Shown: in pieces, positions 32,801 to 42,359 of the stretch | Numbering within the stretch: position 1 is the first letter of the stretch | Layout: every line of letters begins with the position of its first letter | NCBI GenBank assembly: GCA_937625935.1 | Contig: OW569346.1 | Span: forward strand, 310,001-374,000 | Length of the DNA stretch: 64,000 nt | Source of the DNA: Tetramitus jugosus | Taxonomy: Eukaryota; Protista; Heterolobosea | Direction: 5' to 3' | The notes under the pieces: generated by a model | Told to the model about the DNA's origin: nothing | The model's database searches: none | Seen by the model: the letters and a program-made list of their open reading frames with translations, nothing else | Made by a program: the position numbers and the translations under genes

Positions 32801-35800
32801 GCTTCGAGCTATCATTCTCTAAAACAACCGATAATTGGTGGACGACTGTACCTATGAGCGATAAATTTTCTGTAATTTCATGCAAGGTCTTCTGAAGTGT
32901 GCTTCCCGCGTGTCGATTATTGTTCATCTTGTTCACCACATCAGGCTCCACGAGTTGAATAGTTGAAATTGGAACAGAGACAGGAATAGTAATTCCACGA
33001 GCAGAAGTAGCCGTGGCAATTGTTGTGCCTGGCGCGTTCACATATGTTGCCTTTGTATAAGCCAGGTACTCGCTAGTCAAGTCACTCCATTTTTTCAATG
33101 CAGACACATAATTTGACAATAATCGTTTCACAAAAGCGCAAAACTTGACACTGTGATCATCAGATACAGATCCATGTTCACCTGTCATATCATCTGGAAG
33201 CTCAAGTAATAACTCAGAGTCGGTCGATTGATGAAGTACACTGTGCATCATCTTCTTGATTGAGTCATATCTTGTTCGATCTTTCACCAAAGAATTGGTG
33301 GGAATAGGTAGAGGCTGTGCGATGAGCATAGAAACTTTTGTGTGTTCTGTCTCCTCTGATTGTTGAACTTGCACATTCACCATTGGCGTGTTGATCCGAG
33401 TTAGTGACATGTCCATAGGTTTGAGAACACCTACTTGTTGAATCTGTGATAATGGAGGAGAAACGGGAGGTGAAATGTAGGAGCTCGTCATCGAATTTGT
33501 CATGTAATTCGAAGCAGACATAGAACCGACCATATGAGAAGGAACTGGTGGTAGCCGTGTGCTCGGTGGTGGTTGATTGTACATTGCGTTGGCAGAAGGC
33601 TGTCCATTAAACGTTGCTGGCCGCGCCGAGTTATTATCAAGGATGACCAACAATGAATCATCAAGACAATGACCAGATCCACACTTGGTTCGATCCCAAG
33701 TGTAAAGAGTTCGCAAAACAGAGGAAGCAGGGTGGTCTGGTGGAATAGCCGATAACTGATTGCTGATCTGATTGTTATATCGATCCATCAAGTAACGAGG
33801 GAATATGTTAGAGCCATATCGCTCTTCCAGCTGGAAGTATAAGTTGAAAAAGTATTGCCAAAAGATCAAAGATATGATATGACTATTCCTCTGAGCGGCC
33901 TTGAAGGCACATTCCACAGAGATCCACATGGCACAATCAATATCCGTACTTAATTGAACCGATCCCACAAGCTCTCCATCGTTACTCGCGCGATCAATCA
34001 CCGGTGGCATTTGGACCTCTAGTGCTGATAAATAAGCGTATGCAGTCCAGTATTGGTTGGCATGGATAAGATTGTTGATTGTAAGACTAGGATTCATATT
34101 CGAGCTTTGCTTACTTTTCACTGATTCAATGATAGGTGTCATATCCAATTTGTGGCAGTAGTGATACTTGATCATTTGGTCTAGAACAATAGAGCAATTG
34201 GAACCAGAGAACAATGTTTCCAGTAGAAGCAGAGACCAGATTTCAATATCTTTTGTTGAATTGCTAACTGCACAAGCAGAAATCAGTGATAAAACAGCAG
34301 GGATGTTGTTCAAATCACGCAAATACTTTGAGAGAGTATGAGCTGCTACAGGAATAAACTTTTGTGCATCGTTTCCAAAGAAGGCAGCCAAACATCCGAC
34401 ATACTTCTGAATGATAGTAACAAGGAAAGGAGAATCATTCGCATTCTCCAGCATCTCCAATATTCTCAGCTCAGAAACACACTGCTGCCATAGCTGATAC
34501 TGTTCATCGTACAATTTTGATTGATCCAACTTGAAGGAACATACACCAAGTGATATCAACAAGCAGAGGGCTGTGACTACTTCATCATTTGTTGAATTAT
34601 GTTTGATGATAAACTCCTCAGCAAGAGAAATTTGAGATACAGATGTCATACAACCACCTACGGGACCAGAGAGCAACCGAACGGCCCACTGTCTGATATC
34701 TGGATTAATAGTGGAATTGTAGAGAATTAAGTCAAGAACATCAAGAACATGTGCCTGCGATTGTTTCTTCCATGGTACATTCTCCACAATCGTCTTGAAA
34801 ATTCTGATACTCGACTCGGTGATAAAGGTTGGACTCCTCACACTCGACAGAAGCCCACGCATACTAACGATAGCACCATCATTCAATAAATAGTTCTGAG
34901 AAATGCTCTTTTGTATCAGTGCACAGATTTGATCAGTAATTAGCGGTTGTGTCTGCAACAGCATTCCCAAACTCTTGACAATGTCGTTTAGGACATTCGA
35001 GAATGCATAAGATGAATGAATGCACAGGGAAGCTAGTTCATTACTGGACTCGACTCGAATTTTACCCAGGGACACCAAATGAGAGCTAATCGTCGTTCCA
35101 CTTTTAAAACAGAAGCCAAATAAAATACTCACAATCAAGTCTCCAATGGAGTAATGAGCGTTCGAGAATGCAGTTTCAGCAAGTTTCCTAAAAGCGACAA
35201 ATATTGGATACTCGACGTTCTTATTCATACTGGCAATCACTGAATCAATTTGATACACACTCCGCACGATTGATGCATAAGGGATCAAAAACTTGTTACA
35301 ATAATCATTCAAATGCGCAACTTGTTCGTTATCTGCCAAACTATCAATCGTCCTACAATATACATTATACATTTCGGTTACACAAGCATCCTGGATATCC
35401 TCTGGAAGTTTATCCCATGGGAATAGAGTCAAAACAGTGTGGGCAACCATTTTGGAGGGCCACTTGGCTCTTGTCAAAGCCATTAATCCATCCAATGCCA
35501 ATGATGGGAACTCACTCACAAAAAACAGAATGAGTTTCGCAACGTGAGACAGGAGCAACAAATTATGATTCTGAACACTTGCAATCAAGTTTAAAGCATT
35601 CTTCAATGGATCCAGTATCGACTCCTTCACCTGCACAACGTCATTCTCATCCTTCTCGGAATAGCAACGACTTAGATCATGTACAGGGAATTGATTCATA
35701 ATCTTAATGACTTGTGCTCCACTCAATCGATTGACATTCTGCTCCGTAAGCAACACCTCAAACAATTTTTCCTCAACCACCTGCTGGGTCGTTGGTTGAA

Positions 35801-36740
35801 GCACGACATGCAAGTAATCAATTGCATCATACTCTAGGATGAGTGGCAACAACTGATTCACTAGCAAACCCCTTGTCATTTCTCTCTTTGGACTCGCTGT
35901 GCTTGTTGTTCTCTGCAGAGATATTGGTTGCACTTCGTTGTCCATCAACAAAAAATCATCATCATCCAACTGTTGTTCCACCAGTGTGTCTAATAAAGCA
36001 GGACGAATATCATCCATGAACAATGTTTCTTCCTCTGGTTGATGTTGTTGCCTTGATGTGCCATTCATTGACGATCTTGTTGTTCTTTGTTTCTCAACGC
36101 TTGTCATCCACAACTTGCATATAAAAATGGTCAATTCTTGAAGCACTGTGAGTCCATTGTTGGTCCGCATCTGTTGTTGTTGTTGTGATCTCTCCATTTG
36201 AATCGATCGCATGGTGACTCGCAACAATTGTTCATAAAAATCATCCTCTTCTTTTTTATCACTTGCATCATCATCATCACTGGAGCACAAATGATCCATC
36301 ACATAGTACAACAGTGTCTGTTGACTCGTCAATTGTTGATAATAACTGTTCAAATAGGGTCCAGACATGCAATCAACCACATGATTCGAGGCACTACAAA
36401 ACTCACCAAAGGCAGCCTCAGAGAACTGCATTATTTGAAATTTGTAGGCCAAGCTAATGGACTGTGGTGGTTGAACGGATTGATCAGGCACCAAGATGTT
36501 TCTCTGTTGATCAGTCATGGTCCAAATTTTTGGAAACAATTGAGCACATGTCTGTTCTAGTTGTGATCGATTGAGAGCTTGTTGTTGATACGTGTTGGAA
36601 CAGTGCAGAAAATCAGAGAGAAGCTTTTCATAATTTTCTAATGAAAATTTTGGCGCGTTTTTTGGAGCAACATCACTGGACGGAGAAGAGAATGATGACT
36701 CCATGGAGAATGAAGAAGTGTCACCTGACGTTGTCATCAT
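29868..36740 (-). CDS. EPG5: EPG5-like autophagy tether (2290 aa alpha-solenoid)
   Basis: Size and helical composition, LIFWQYFFNLY, C-terminal CLASRAVRVYM and ISLLFPLVPYMHRV resemble recalled EPG5 conserved blocks. Needs HMM confirmation. Confidence 0.65.
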   Translation of the reverse strand: MMTTSGDTSSFSMESSFSSPSSDVAPKNAPKFSLENYEKLLSDFLHCSNTYQQQALNRSQLEQTCAQLFPKIWTMTDQQRNILVPDQSVQPPQSISLAYKFQIMQFSEAAFGEFCSASNHVVDCMSGPYLNSYYQQLTSQQTLLYYVMDHLCSSDDDDASDKKEEDDFYEQLLRVTMRSIQMERSQQQQQMRTNNGLTVLQELTIFICKLWMTSVEKQRTTRSSMNGTSRQQHQPEEETLFMDDIRPALLDTLVEQQLDDDDFLLMDNEVQPISLQRTTSTASPKREMTRGLLVNQLLPLILEYDAIDYLHVVLQPTTQQVVEEKLFEVLLTEQNVNRLSGAQVIKIMNQFPVHDLSRCYSEKDENDVVQVKESILDPLKNALNLIASVQNHNLLLLSHVAKLILFFVSEFPSLALDGLMALTRAKWPSKMVAHTVLTLFPWDKLPEDIQDACVTEMYNVYCRTIDSLADNEQVAHLNDYCNKFLIPYASIVRSVYQIDSVIASMNKNVEYPIFVAFRKLAETAFSNAHYSIGDLIVSILFGFCFKSGTTISSHLVSLGKIRVESSNELASLCIHSSYAFSNVLNDIVKSLGMLLQTQPLITDQICALIQKSISQNYLLNDGAIVSMRGLLSSVRSPTFITESSIRIFKTIVENVPWKKQSQAHVLDVLDLILYNSTINPDIRQWAVRLLSGPVGGCMTSVSQISLAEEFIIKHNSTNDEVVTALCLLISLGVCSFKLDQSKLYDEQYQLWQQCVSELRILEMLENANDSPFLVTIIQKYVGCLAAFFGNDAQKFIPVAAHTLSKYLRDLNNIPAVLSLISACAVSNSTKDIEIWSLLLLETLFSGSNCSIVLDQMIKYHYCHKLDMTPIIESVKSKQSSNMNPSLTINNLIHANQYWTAYAYLSALEVQMPPVIDRASNDGELVGSVQLSTDIDCAMWISVECAFKAAQRNSHIISLIFWQYFFNLYFQLEERYGSNIFPRYLMDRYNNQISNQLSAIPPDHPASSVLRTLYTWDRTKCGSGHCLDDSLLVILDNNSARPATFNGQPSANAMYNQPPPSTRLPPVPSHMVGSMSASNYMTNSMTSSYISPPVSPPLSQIQQVGVLKPMDMSLTRINTPMVNVQVQQSEETEHTKVSMLIAQPLPIPTNSLVKDRTRYDSIKKMMHSVLHQSTDSELLLELPDDMTGEHGSVSDDHSVKFCAFVKRLLSNYVSALKKWSDLTSEYLAYTKATYVNAPGTTIATATSARGITIPVSVPISTIQLVEPDVVNKMNNNRHAGSTLQKTLHEITENLSLIGTVVHQLSVVLENDSSKQHLGRVVVFELLSDMLDMNTAQKLGAIWSYYAKNLAAIGRSCVTKVPDVQQPLLDLLISAPALPTTTLPVMVVQPKRDFQQQIVSAIANVVKPVINALQPRPSVTTYSPPPNYAQTTQQSLRPTTPMQPIQSPQPPNYQVSHQRMNQSHVGNAGLNSERMLLFSMFEPNILLRCGRREEFALLMSIVAETDTKLSLEEVGYLCSRFDLVEFFRELETYPEGKRFTSRDDIKLLLKTLKSALCKPHLQKMFGNKLLRNCARLAFPYETVSFLRMILTLCRSGEYTGNDWPDLLVSQEELSKVSIELCITWINIINEYQPLSGVCAEGCLNFVYRIVTQTALASYMDRCDIHADAVNSIVNFFEAFVSTRTDKLQDSLFQQMLSMLFAVIKSCPAFVDRLWTLYNGSLYPYVATAPPASITALTTFMKNVNWSTAVFHINNMEVLDELFHALIQNVEVASHVISQLNWNFVMRSETTSAVICKVARLYIALEFFNISSILPPHIRAFFEKLDQYEVPTPVWQRVTPSDFAAAFSDRLLFKLLVSSKLPTDPSDAYMKIVYWMTEISLSLNHVATAEAIASEVRSTMFTVLKSAGQDRTWYLTSKQLSNVLMHCLIPLAIKFASNTLIMYVLSTLRECEKGVTSIVIPQNMLFAIGDCPFDSSSSAMRSEKHQALLEKFKNIIIHFATSANEKLAHTILGCILMLDLHLDTQVIVLEYTVRSLLKLSTSQHPRHAAANALQLPPHMILYSSSFNLLLERCIDTYSALALAVLIHKLLDVTLQVSGNNSEAVTNGYIYAMDYILKFVPHPSREDFDIIYVYFLALEMIDSQYWDLNNSFVRERVQKFDDVLTCLSQKYAKTLTQRLTTTNNSQKLKECKISPATCLASRAVRVYMEEITRSKQLTTQPHVQARSSMYANLTGNYGSNNYFTNMLKLKERKEFASFQLFFDRCGALLQHIDHEQFRELISLLFPLVPYMHRV

Positions 36741-36987
36741 TGTTTGTTGGTGATGGTGGAACTCGCGTGTTGTTTGTTGGCTATGAGTGTTTTTTTTTAA
36801 TGTGCGTCAGCTCGCAAGTGTTTTGTTCTCTGAGAACAACTTGAGCTCAAGGGACATCAGCACCGGGAAATTGTCGGAAGAAGAACGACTTGGAGAGTTC
36901 CAGAGTAGGAGCAGAATCCTCGCACAAATTCTGTCCGATGGCGCGAAGAAAAATACAATGGACAAACAACATGCTTTCTTGTGTCCT

Positions 36988-37914
36988 TTATTCATTGAGG
37001 TTGTCTGGGGTATTCTCCTGATGGTCCAAGAATGAAACCCTGGGAGAATACTTCTCAAATGCAGTGCGGAGTGCAGCTTGAGTACTCTCCTCACTGACTC
37101 GTTGTGTGGCATCCACGTTTTCATTGTAACTCTCTATCCCTAGAAATTTCAACTCAATGGAGACCAAATGGTACAATGATTGTTCATTTGAACTGAGAAT
37201 ACGACGAAACAGTAACTCACACTGCCAATTGAAGATGAACCAAGTAACATAGTCGTTTCCTTGGATAGCCTGTACTCTTTCCTTTCGTTCGTGAATAACT
37301 CTTGTTGTCTGTTCATCTGTCTCAATGTTGTTATCAATCAATATGTGCACTCTCCATCTCTCATCCTTAAAACTATCATTAAACTCTCGCTTAAAGACGT
37401 TCTTTAGGAACATGATTGGATGAGCAATCGCATTCTGATGAAAGGATCTCAAGATTTGAAACACTGGATGATTTCTCGTAAAAATCAACTCAATAGTCTT
37501 GTTCAAATTGTTCTCCTTGACTGAATTTTCTGCCTCTGCAATGTGTTGCCTAATGGAACGCAGAACATCATCTTCCTCTTCTGAGCCAAGAAGATCCTTC
37601 TGGCAAACTTCACAGTACAGCAATTTCAAGAATTGTGAAATTCTCTCGTTGTGTATCATTGTTTTCTCTCGGTCAATGATCTGGCCATTGACATCTATGC
37701 GAGCCAATAATCTGGGCAAGTCGTACCCAATGGCTGCCGTATTCTCCTTGTGTACAATGACATGAAAAGTCTTTTCAGCCGCATCTTGAAAGTTGACAGC
37801 AGGTGCCACCGGGACGACCTTTTCCTGGGGAGGAACTGACTCGTTGAATGCAGTAGTAAATTGGTCAAGATCTTGTTTGGAATCTTTTCGAGATGATGAA
37901 CTTGATCGGAACAT
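36988..37914 (-). CDS. Hypothetical protein resembling the GlfB-like C-terminal domain family of amoebae
   Basis: 308-aa ATG ORF with FKDERWRVHI...VIHERKERV...FIFNWQCELLF. Family assignment is from memory. Confidence 0.5.
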   Translation of the reverse strand: MFRSSSSSRKDSKQDLDQFTTAFNESVPPQEKVVPVAPAVNFQDAAEKTFHVIVHKENTAAIGYDLPRLLARIDVNGQIIDREKTMIHNERISQFLKLLYCEVCQKDLLGSEEEDDVLRSIRQHIAEAENSVKENNLNKTIELIFTRNHPVFQILRSFHQNAIAHPIMFLKNVFKREFNDSFKDERWRVHILIDNNIETDEQTTRVIHERKERVQAIQGNDYVTWFIFNWQCELLFRRILSSNEQSLYHLVSIELKFLGIESYNENVDATQRVSEESTQAALRTAFEKYSPRVSFLDHQENTPDNLNE

Positions 37915-38214
37915 GTTGTGATTTGGTTTTCAACGGAAGCTAACACGACGACAATAACAACATTGTACGATTCTATCAATTTCCAGCATCAAACAATATG
38001 TGCTTCACAATGTTGTCACATATTTCTATGCTAATTTCAACGTTTCTCTCATTTGATTCGGTTGTTTCTTCATCACGAACACACACAAAACGAACTCATA
38101 TTACAACCGATACACCAACAATGAATAAATCTTTTGTTTCGATAGTGCAATGATACCTACCAATGGATCACCAACTAGGCGGGATTTAGACACCGCAGTG
38201 TGAAGACATTTCGC

Positions 38215-38230
38215 CGGAGAATAAAATATT
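38215..38230 (+). repeat. Target-site duplication, left copy (CGGAGAATAAAATATT)
   Basis: Exact 16-bp match to 38658-38673; abuts the T15 tract. Confidence 0.92.
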
Positions 38231-38657
38231 TTTTTTTTTTTTTCCATACAACGTTTGTTGCCACTTTATTCTATACACTACTATGAGTCATGATTCCGCT
38301 CGGCACCGTTAGGTGACGAGCAGTGTTTCACTCCTCTGCGCGACAGAGTTAATATATATCTTGTATAGTGCCTTGATGCACGACCTTTTGACTGAGTCAA
38401 TGACCCTCCTTATCTTCTTCTCTGCTTCGCTTCTCTTCTTACCGGAGAGCTTCATTTCGGCTAGGAGCACCTCCTGGAAGTCTCCTTCCTTACCCATCAG
38501 TCCCTGTAGTGTACCTTCAGGAGTTCGCTTAACCCTTCGTGGTTGAATCTTTCCACTTTCATATAAAACATCCTCGAACCATATGGGAACCTTGATCGAG
38601 CCTCGCAAACTCAGCTTGCTCAATTTCTCCCTCAGCTCTTCAACCAACATGCTTCTT
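38231..38657 (-). mobile_element. 5'-truncated non-LTR retrotransposon or retrocopy inserted upstream of tRNA-Asn
   Basis: On the minus strand: frame open from the 5' junction to the stop at 38309 (~115 codons), 65-nt 3'UTR with AATAAA (38265-38270), A15 tail (38229-38243), and a flanking 16-bp TSD. Confidence 0.85.
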
Positions 38658-38673
38658 CGGAGAATAAAATATT
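38658..38673 (+). repeat. Target-site duplication, right copy (CGGAGAATAAAATATT)
   Basis: Exact 16-bp match to 38215-38230; ends 28 bp before the tRNA. Confidence 0.92.
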
Positions 38674-38701
38674 CTATATCTATAAATACCCCCTTCATAA
38701 T

Positions 38702-38774
38702 TCCTCCATGGCTCAGTTGGTAGAGCGTCAGGCTGTTAACCTGCAGGTCGTTGGTTCGAGCCCAACTGGAGGAG
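38702..38774 (+). tRNA. tRNA-Asn (GTT)
   Basis: Cloverleaf: acceptor TCCTCCA/TGGAGGA, D-arm GCTC/GAGC, anticodon loop CT-GTT-AA, T-arm GTTGG-TTCGAGC-CCAAC, discriminator G. 73 nt, no intron. Confidence 0.96.
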
Positions 38775-38780
38775 AACACC

Positions 38781-38794
38781 TTTTAGCACTTTTT
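38781..38794 (+). terminator. Pol III oligo-T terminator of tRNA-Asn
   Basis: TTTT at 38781-38784 and TTTTT at 38790-38794, just after the tRNA. Confidence 0.7.
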
Positions 38795-38846
38795 ACAAAA
38801 GTTTTGTATTCGCCACACTTTTAGGGATCTAAAATCAAAAGATCTC

Positions 38847-40289
38847 ATGTTCTCGTTCTCGACTCCAAAGTCTGATCGGAAAGCTGCTAGTGAAGCTTTT
38901 GATTGTCCAGTTCATCGCTGTAAACCATTCTTTGTTGCAGATCCATTCCAGAACGGTATTTGCCTCGAGGGGTTCAAATGCTCCAGAGAAGGAAAAATGG
39001 GAGGTTCTCTCTTCCTGACTCATGTCGACGGTGTCAAGTTGGACAGTCCCCAAATCATTTATGGAACACCTGCGCTGGCTTACCCCTACACTCCTCAAAG
39101 TTGGAAGAACAAGAACAAGGCCCAGAACAAGAACGTCAAGGAAGCACTTCCCAAGAGTTCTGTCAAAGCCAAAAAGAAGCATAATGAAACAAGAACACAG
39201 GAGGAAGAGGAGGATGAAGCAACATTGAATGAACCCATTTACAATGAATCGTTGTTGCAACACTCGCACAAGAATTTGCGCTTCCTTAGTTCGTTTCATC
39301 CCAAAACTCGTCGCTACTACCTAGCGAACAAGTACAATGGCTCCAATATTCTGTTCTTTAAGTATTTTGATCATGAAGGCCAGTTGAGAATCAGTGCTAA
39401 AACCAAAGGTTCAGCGACAGTGAATGACACTCCTTATGGTGCCTTTTTGGGCCTCACATTCCAAGCTTTGGGTCTTCCAAAGAACAGTGCTCTGGATGTT
39501 CATGATGATGAAACATTTCCCAGTATCTTGTCACCTCTGTTGAACGAAGAAGTTCAAGGACTTTGCTTCGAACTATGTGGTCAATTGGAACCTCATCTTG
39601 TTGACTACGCGTTTGAAATTGCTCTGAAACCATTGTTTGAAGTATGGAACGATGGATCGATCAGTCCAATCATTTCTCAACATTCTATCAATCATGTGAA
39701 ATGTACTGAGTGGCTCTCGTTGAACAACTTGGATTCTATTGCGTTCGTAGATGGATTCGGTCCATACGAGTTCACCAATGCACTCGATGTTGTGGCTCAA
39801 TGCAAAGCTCTTCAAGAAATGAGTCAGGAGTGCAATAACCAGTTCAGAAGAAGAACAGGAAGAAAACTCAAGTATGAGTACAACCATTTTGCAACAGAAG
39901 GATTTGTCTTGTATCTGCTCGATTCAGACGACAGAGTCGTTCCTTCTCGAACAATGTACAAAATCAAGCCAATCGACATTGAGGAGGTTCATTGGGGCAA
40001 GTTTGATGAACAAAGAGAATTCCAAGTTATCGAAGCAGTGAAAAAGATGGTCATGAGAGAGAAGCCATTGAATATTCAAAGTCTGCGAGAAGAGTTGGAT
40101 ATCGGTGAGAAAGAATGGGGAAAATTCGGCCGTGACATCCAAAAGTTTATCGACAAGAAACATCTGTTCAGAGAACCACTCCTAACCTCCCGAAAGAAGA
40201 AGAAGAAGAGAAATAAGAATAAGAAGAATACAACAAGTGAAGAAGGAGAGGAAGGAGAACAGGACATTTCTTCAACCTCCGTCGCATGA
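38847..40289 (+). CDS. Putative ATP-dependent RNA ligase-like covalent nucleotidyltransferase
   Basis: Motifs in the correct order: I (NKYNGSN), Ia-like (SAKTKG), III (CFELCG), IIIa-like (LFEV), IV (EGFVLY), V (YKIKP). Basic NLS-like C-terminal tail. Confidence 0.65.
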   Translation: MFSFSTPKSDRKAASEAFDCPVHRCKPFFVADPFQNGICLEGFKCSREGKMGGSLFLTHVDGVKLDSPQIIYGTPALAYPYTPQSWKNKNKAQNKNVKEALPKSSVKAKKKHNETRTQEEEEDEATLNEPIYNESLLQHSHKNLRFLSSFHPKTRRYYLANKYNGSNILFFKYFDHEGQLRISAKTKGSATVNDTPYGAFLGLTFQALGLPKNSALDVHDDETFPSILSPLLNEEVQGLCFELCGQLEPHLVDYAFEIALKPLFEVWNDGSISPIISQHSINHVKCTEWLSLNNLDSIAFVDGFGPYEFTNALDVVAQCKALQEMSQECNNQFRRRTGRKLKYEYNHFATEGFVLYLLDSDDRVVPSRTMYKIKPIDIEEVHWGKFDEQREFQVIEAVKKMVMREKPLNIQSLREELDIGEKEWGKFGRDIQKFIDKKHLFREPLLTSRKKKKKRNKNKKNTTSEEGEEGEQDISSTSVA

Positions 40290-40790
40290 AAAAAAGGTCC
40301 GGCTCAACTCCGACAAAATTGATGCTTGACTCGGTCATCCAAAAAGAGACGTTGTCTTTGGTGCTCGGGTCAAATCAGCTGAATTCCCTTTATCCCTTCT
40401 GACGGATCTTTCTTCTAATGCCAAATGTAAATAAATCATACCCTTCGTACACTGAAGACTTTCTACCTTGTTATTCCTTGCGACGACTTACTCGTTCTCC
40501 TTTCTCGCCATCTCTGTTAACTCAAAGAGTCCGCAGCCCATTTTCCATCTGACGTGTGAGTGAGCAAAAGAATCAAAATTTGTGCTTCGGGCATAAGTTC
40601 CGGTTCTACGTGGCCAGTCACACCTTTTTCTCACACTACCAGGGGCCAAGCTTCCTGTCAGGGGACCAACGACACCTTCGAACAAGGAGAGAACACCACC
40701 ACACAACCCAGCACAACAACGACCACAACATCAACAACAAGAAGAAGAATAAACCTTCTACTACAACAACAACAACAACCTCAAAAAGCT

Positions 40791-42311
40791 ATGAGCCATT
40801 ATTCTTCTCCTCAAGAACAATATCATCCTCAATACCATAATCACCATGATAATGCATCCACCACTGTGTCATCAGGGAATTCCCATCATCACAACATGAC
40901 GAAGCTTCCCTCTCCATCACAACTCATGAACATTTCCTATTCTCCTCCACAACAACAACAGCAGCAGAATAATTTACCATCGATTACGTACTTGTCTCCA
41001 TATGAAACAACAACAAGTCATCACAATAACAATAACAACAACAACAACAATAGCAACAATAACAGTAAGAAGAGATATCGTTCACCTGATTTTGACAGTA
41101 CCATTTATTATCAACAACAACAACAACATCAGCAACAACAACAGAATCAACAATATTACAATAGATATCCTTCGATAGCTTCTTCCTCTTCGAATCAACA
41201 ACTACAAAATCATCCTCATCATCAACAACAACATCAGTCATCCTATCATCATCAGCATCATGTTGCTGTGGATGACAATGATGACCAATATGGTGCTCAT
41301 CTCCACTCACAAAAGAGAGCTCGATATCATCAACAAACACGTTCACCCACGGTTTCAGCCTCGTCAACGTCATCGCCTCGAAATGACCATTTTGGTTCGT
41401 CACCCATAACGCCTCACGCGCATGTCATCAAGTATCATGTCGATTGGCAGCAGGAGAAACTGGCTTGTGAACGATATGGACCTCCCCCAGATTACTACGC
41501 TGTCGTTTCATCCAACAATGGTAGTAATCATTACGGTGCGGCAAGGGGCGGATTTATACGTTTCTCCGACAACCCGCCATCCAGACCTACGGCTTCTGCG
41601 GTTATCGTGCCAGAAGTTTCCACAATAGCTTCTTATTCTGCGCCGACTGCTGCCTCCTCCTCGGTACCGCACCAGCACCACCCCCACCCCCACTCCCAGC
41701 ACTACCATGTGCCTATCTCTACTTCGTCAATGAACAATAGTAACATGCCTCATGCATTGACGCAACAACAAGTCAATTCTGCGACCATTGTAGCTCCAGT
41801 GAGCGAACATGGTGTGGAATCGACAATGATCATAGCAAACAAGAGACCCATTGTTCCTCCTGTGCGAGATCCTTTGAGCATTGATAGCCACCTCGCTCAT
41901 CAACCCAAGAAACAATTTTTACCACCAAGTGCCGTCGAAGTACTCAAGGACTGGTTCTACTCTCACATCAATTATCCGTATCCTACGACAGATGACAGGA
42001 ATCACTTATCGGATGTCACAGGACTCAGTAATCTACAGATTACGAACTGGTTTACGAATGAAAGAAAGAGAAAGTGGACACCAAAGATGAAGAAACAACA
42101 GATGCAGATGAAGGAGGCGGGAGTGATTGCTACACCATGGAATCCAAGAACTACACGAAAGAAAACATCTTCCCCTGGAGATCAAAATTCTGCTTCTTCG
42201 TCTGAAGGTGGTGTAGCCAAGGAGAGTGCTTCAGTGGATGGTCAAAGTACCACCGTGGCGAATGATTCGAGACCCCAGCAGGAACAATTGGCGACAAACA
42301 GTGAAGAATAA
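40791..42311 (+). CDS. TALE-class homeodomain transcription factor
   Basis: LKDWFYSHINYPYPT...LSDVTGLSNLQITNWFTNERKR (PYP three-residue loop extension) and a long Q/N/H-rich N-terminus. First ATG at 40791. Confidence 0.92.
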   Translation: MSHYSSPQEQYHPQYHNHHDNASTTVSSGNSHHHNMTKLPSPSQLMNISYSPPQQQQQQNNLPSITYLSPYETTTSHHNNNNNNNNNSNNNSKKRYRSPDFDSTIYYQQQQQHQQQQQNQQYYNRYPSIASSSSNQQLQNHPHHQQQHQSSYHHQHHVAVDDNDDQYGAHLHSQKRARYHQQTRSPTVSASSTSSPRNDHFGSSPITPHAHVIKYHVDWQQEKLACERYGPPPDYYAVVSSNNGSNHYGAARGGFIRFSDNPPSRPTASAVIVPEVSTIASYSAPTAASSSVPHQHHPHPHSQHYHVPISTSSMNNSNMPHALTQQQVNSATIVAPVSEHGVESTMIIANKRPIVPPVRDPLSIDSHLAHQPKKQFLPPSAVEVLKDWFYSHINYPYPTTDDRNHLSDVTGLSNLQITNWFTNERKRKWTPKMKKQQMQMKEAGVIATPWNPRTTRKKTSSPGDQNSASSSEGGVAKESASVDGQSTTVANDSRPQQEQLATNSEE

Positions 42312-42359
42312 ATTTTTGTAACAATGCGTTTCGACTAGAAAGGATTACAAATACTTTAT

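Noticed and set aside
38658-38779. 5' part of track ORF 38309-38779 as coding
   Set aside because: It runs antisense through the tRNA and the TSD. Only 38309-38657 belongs to the insertion.
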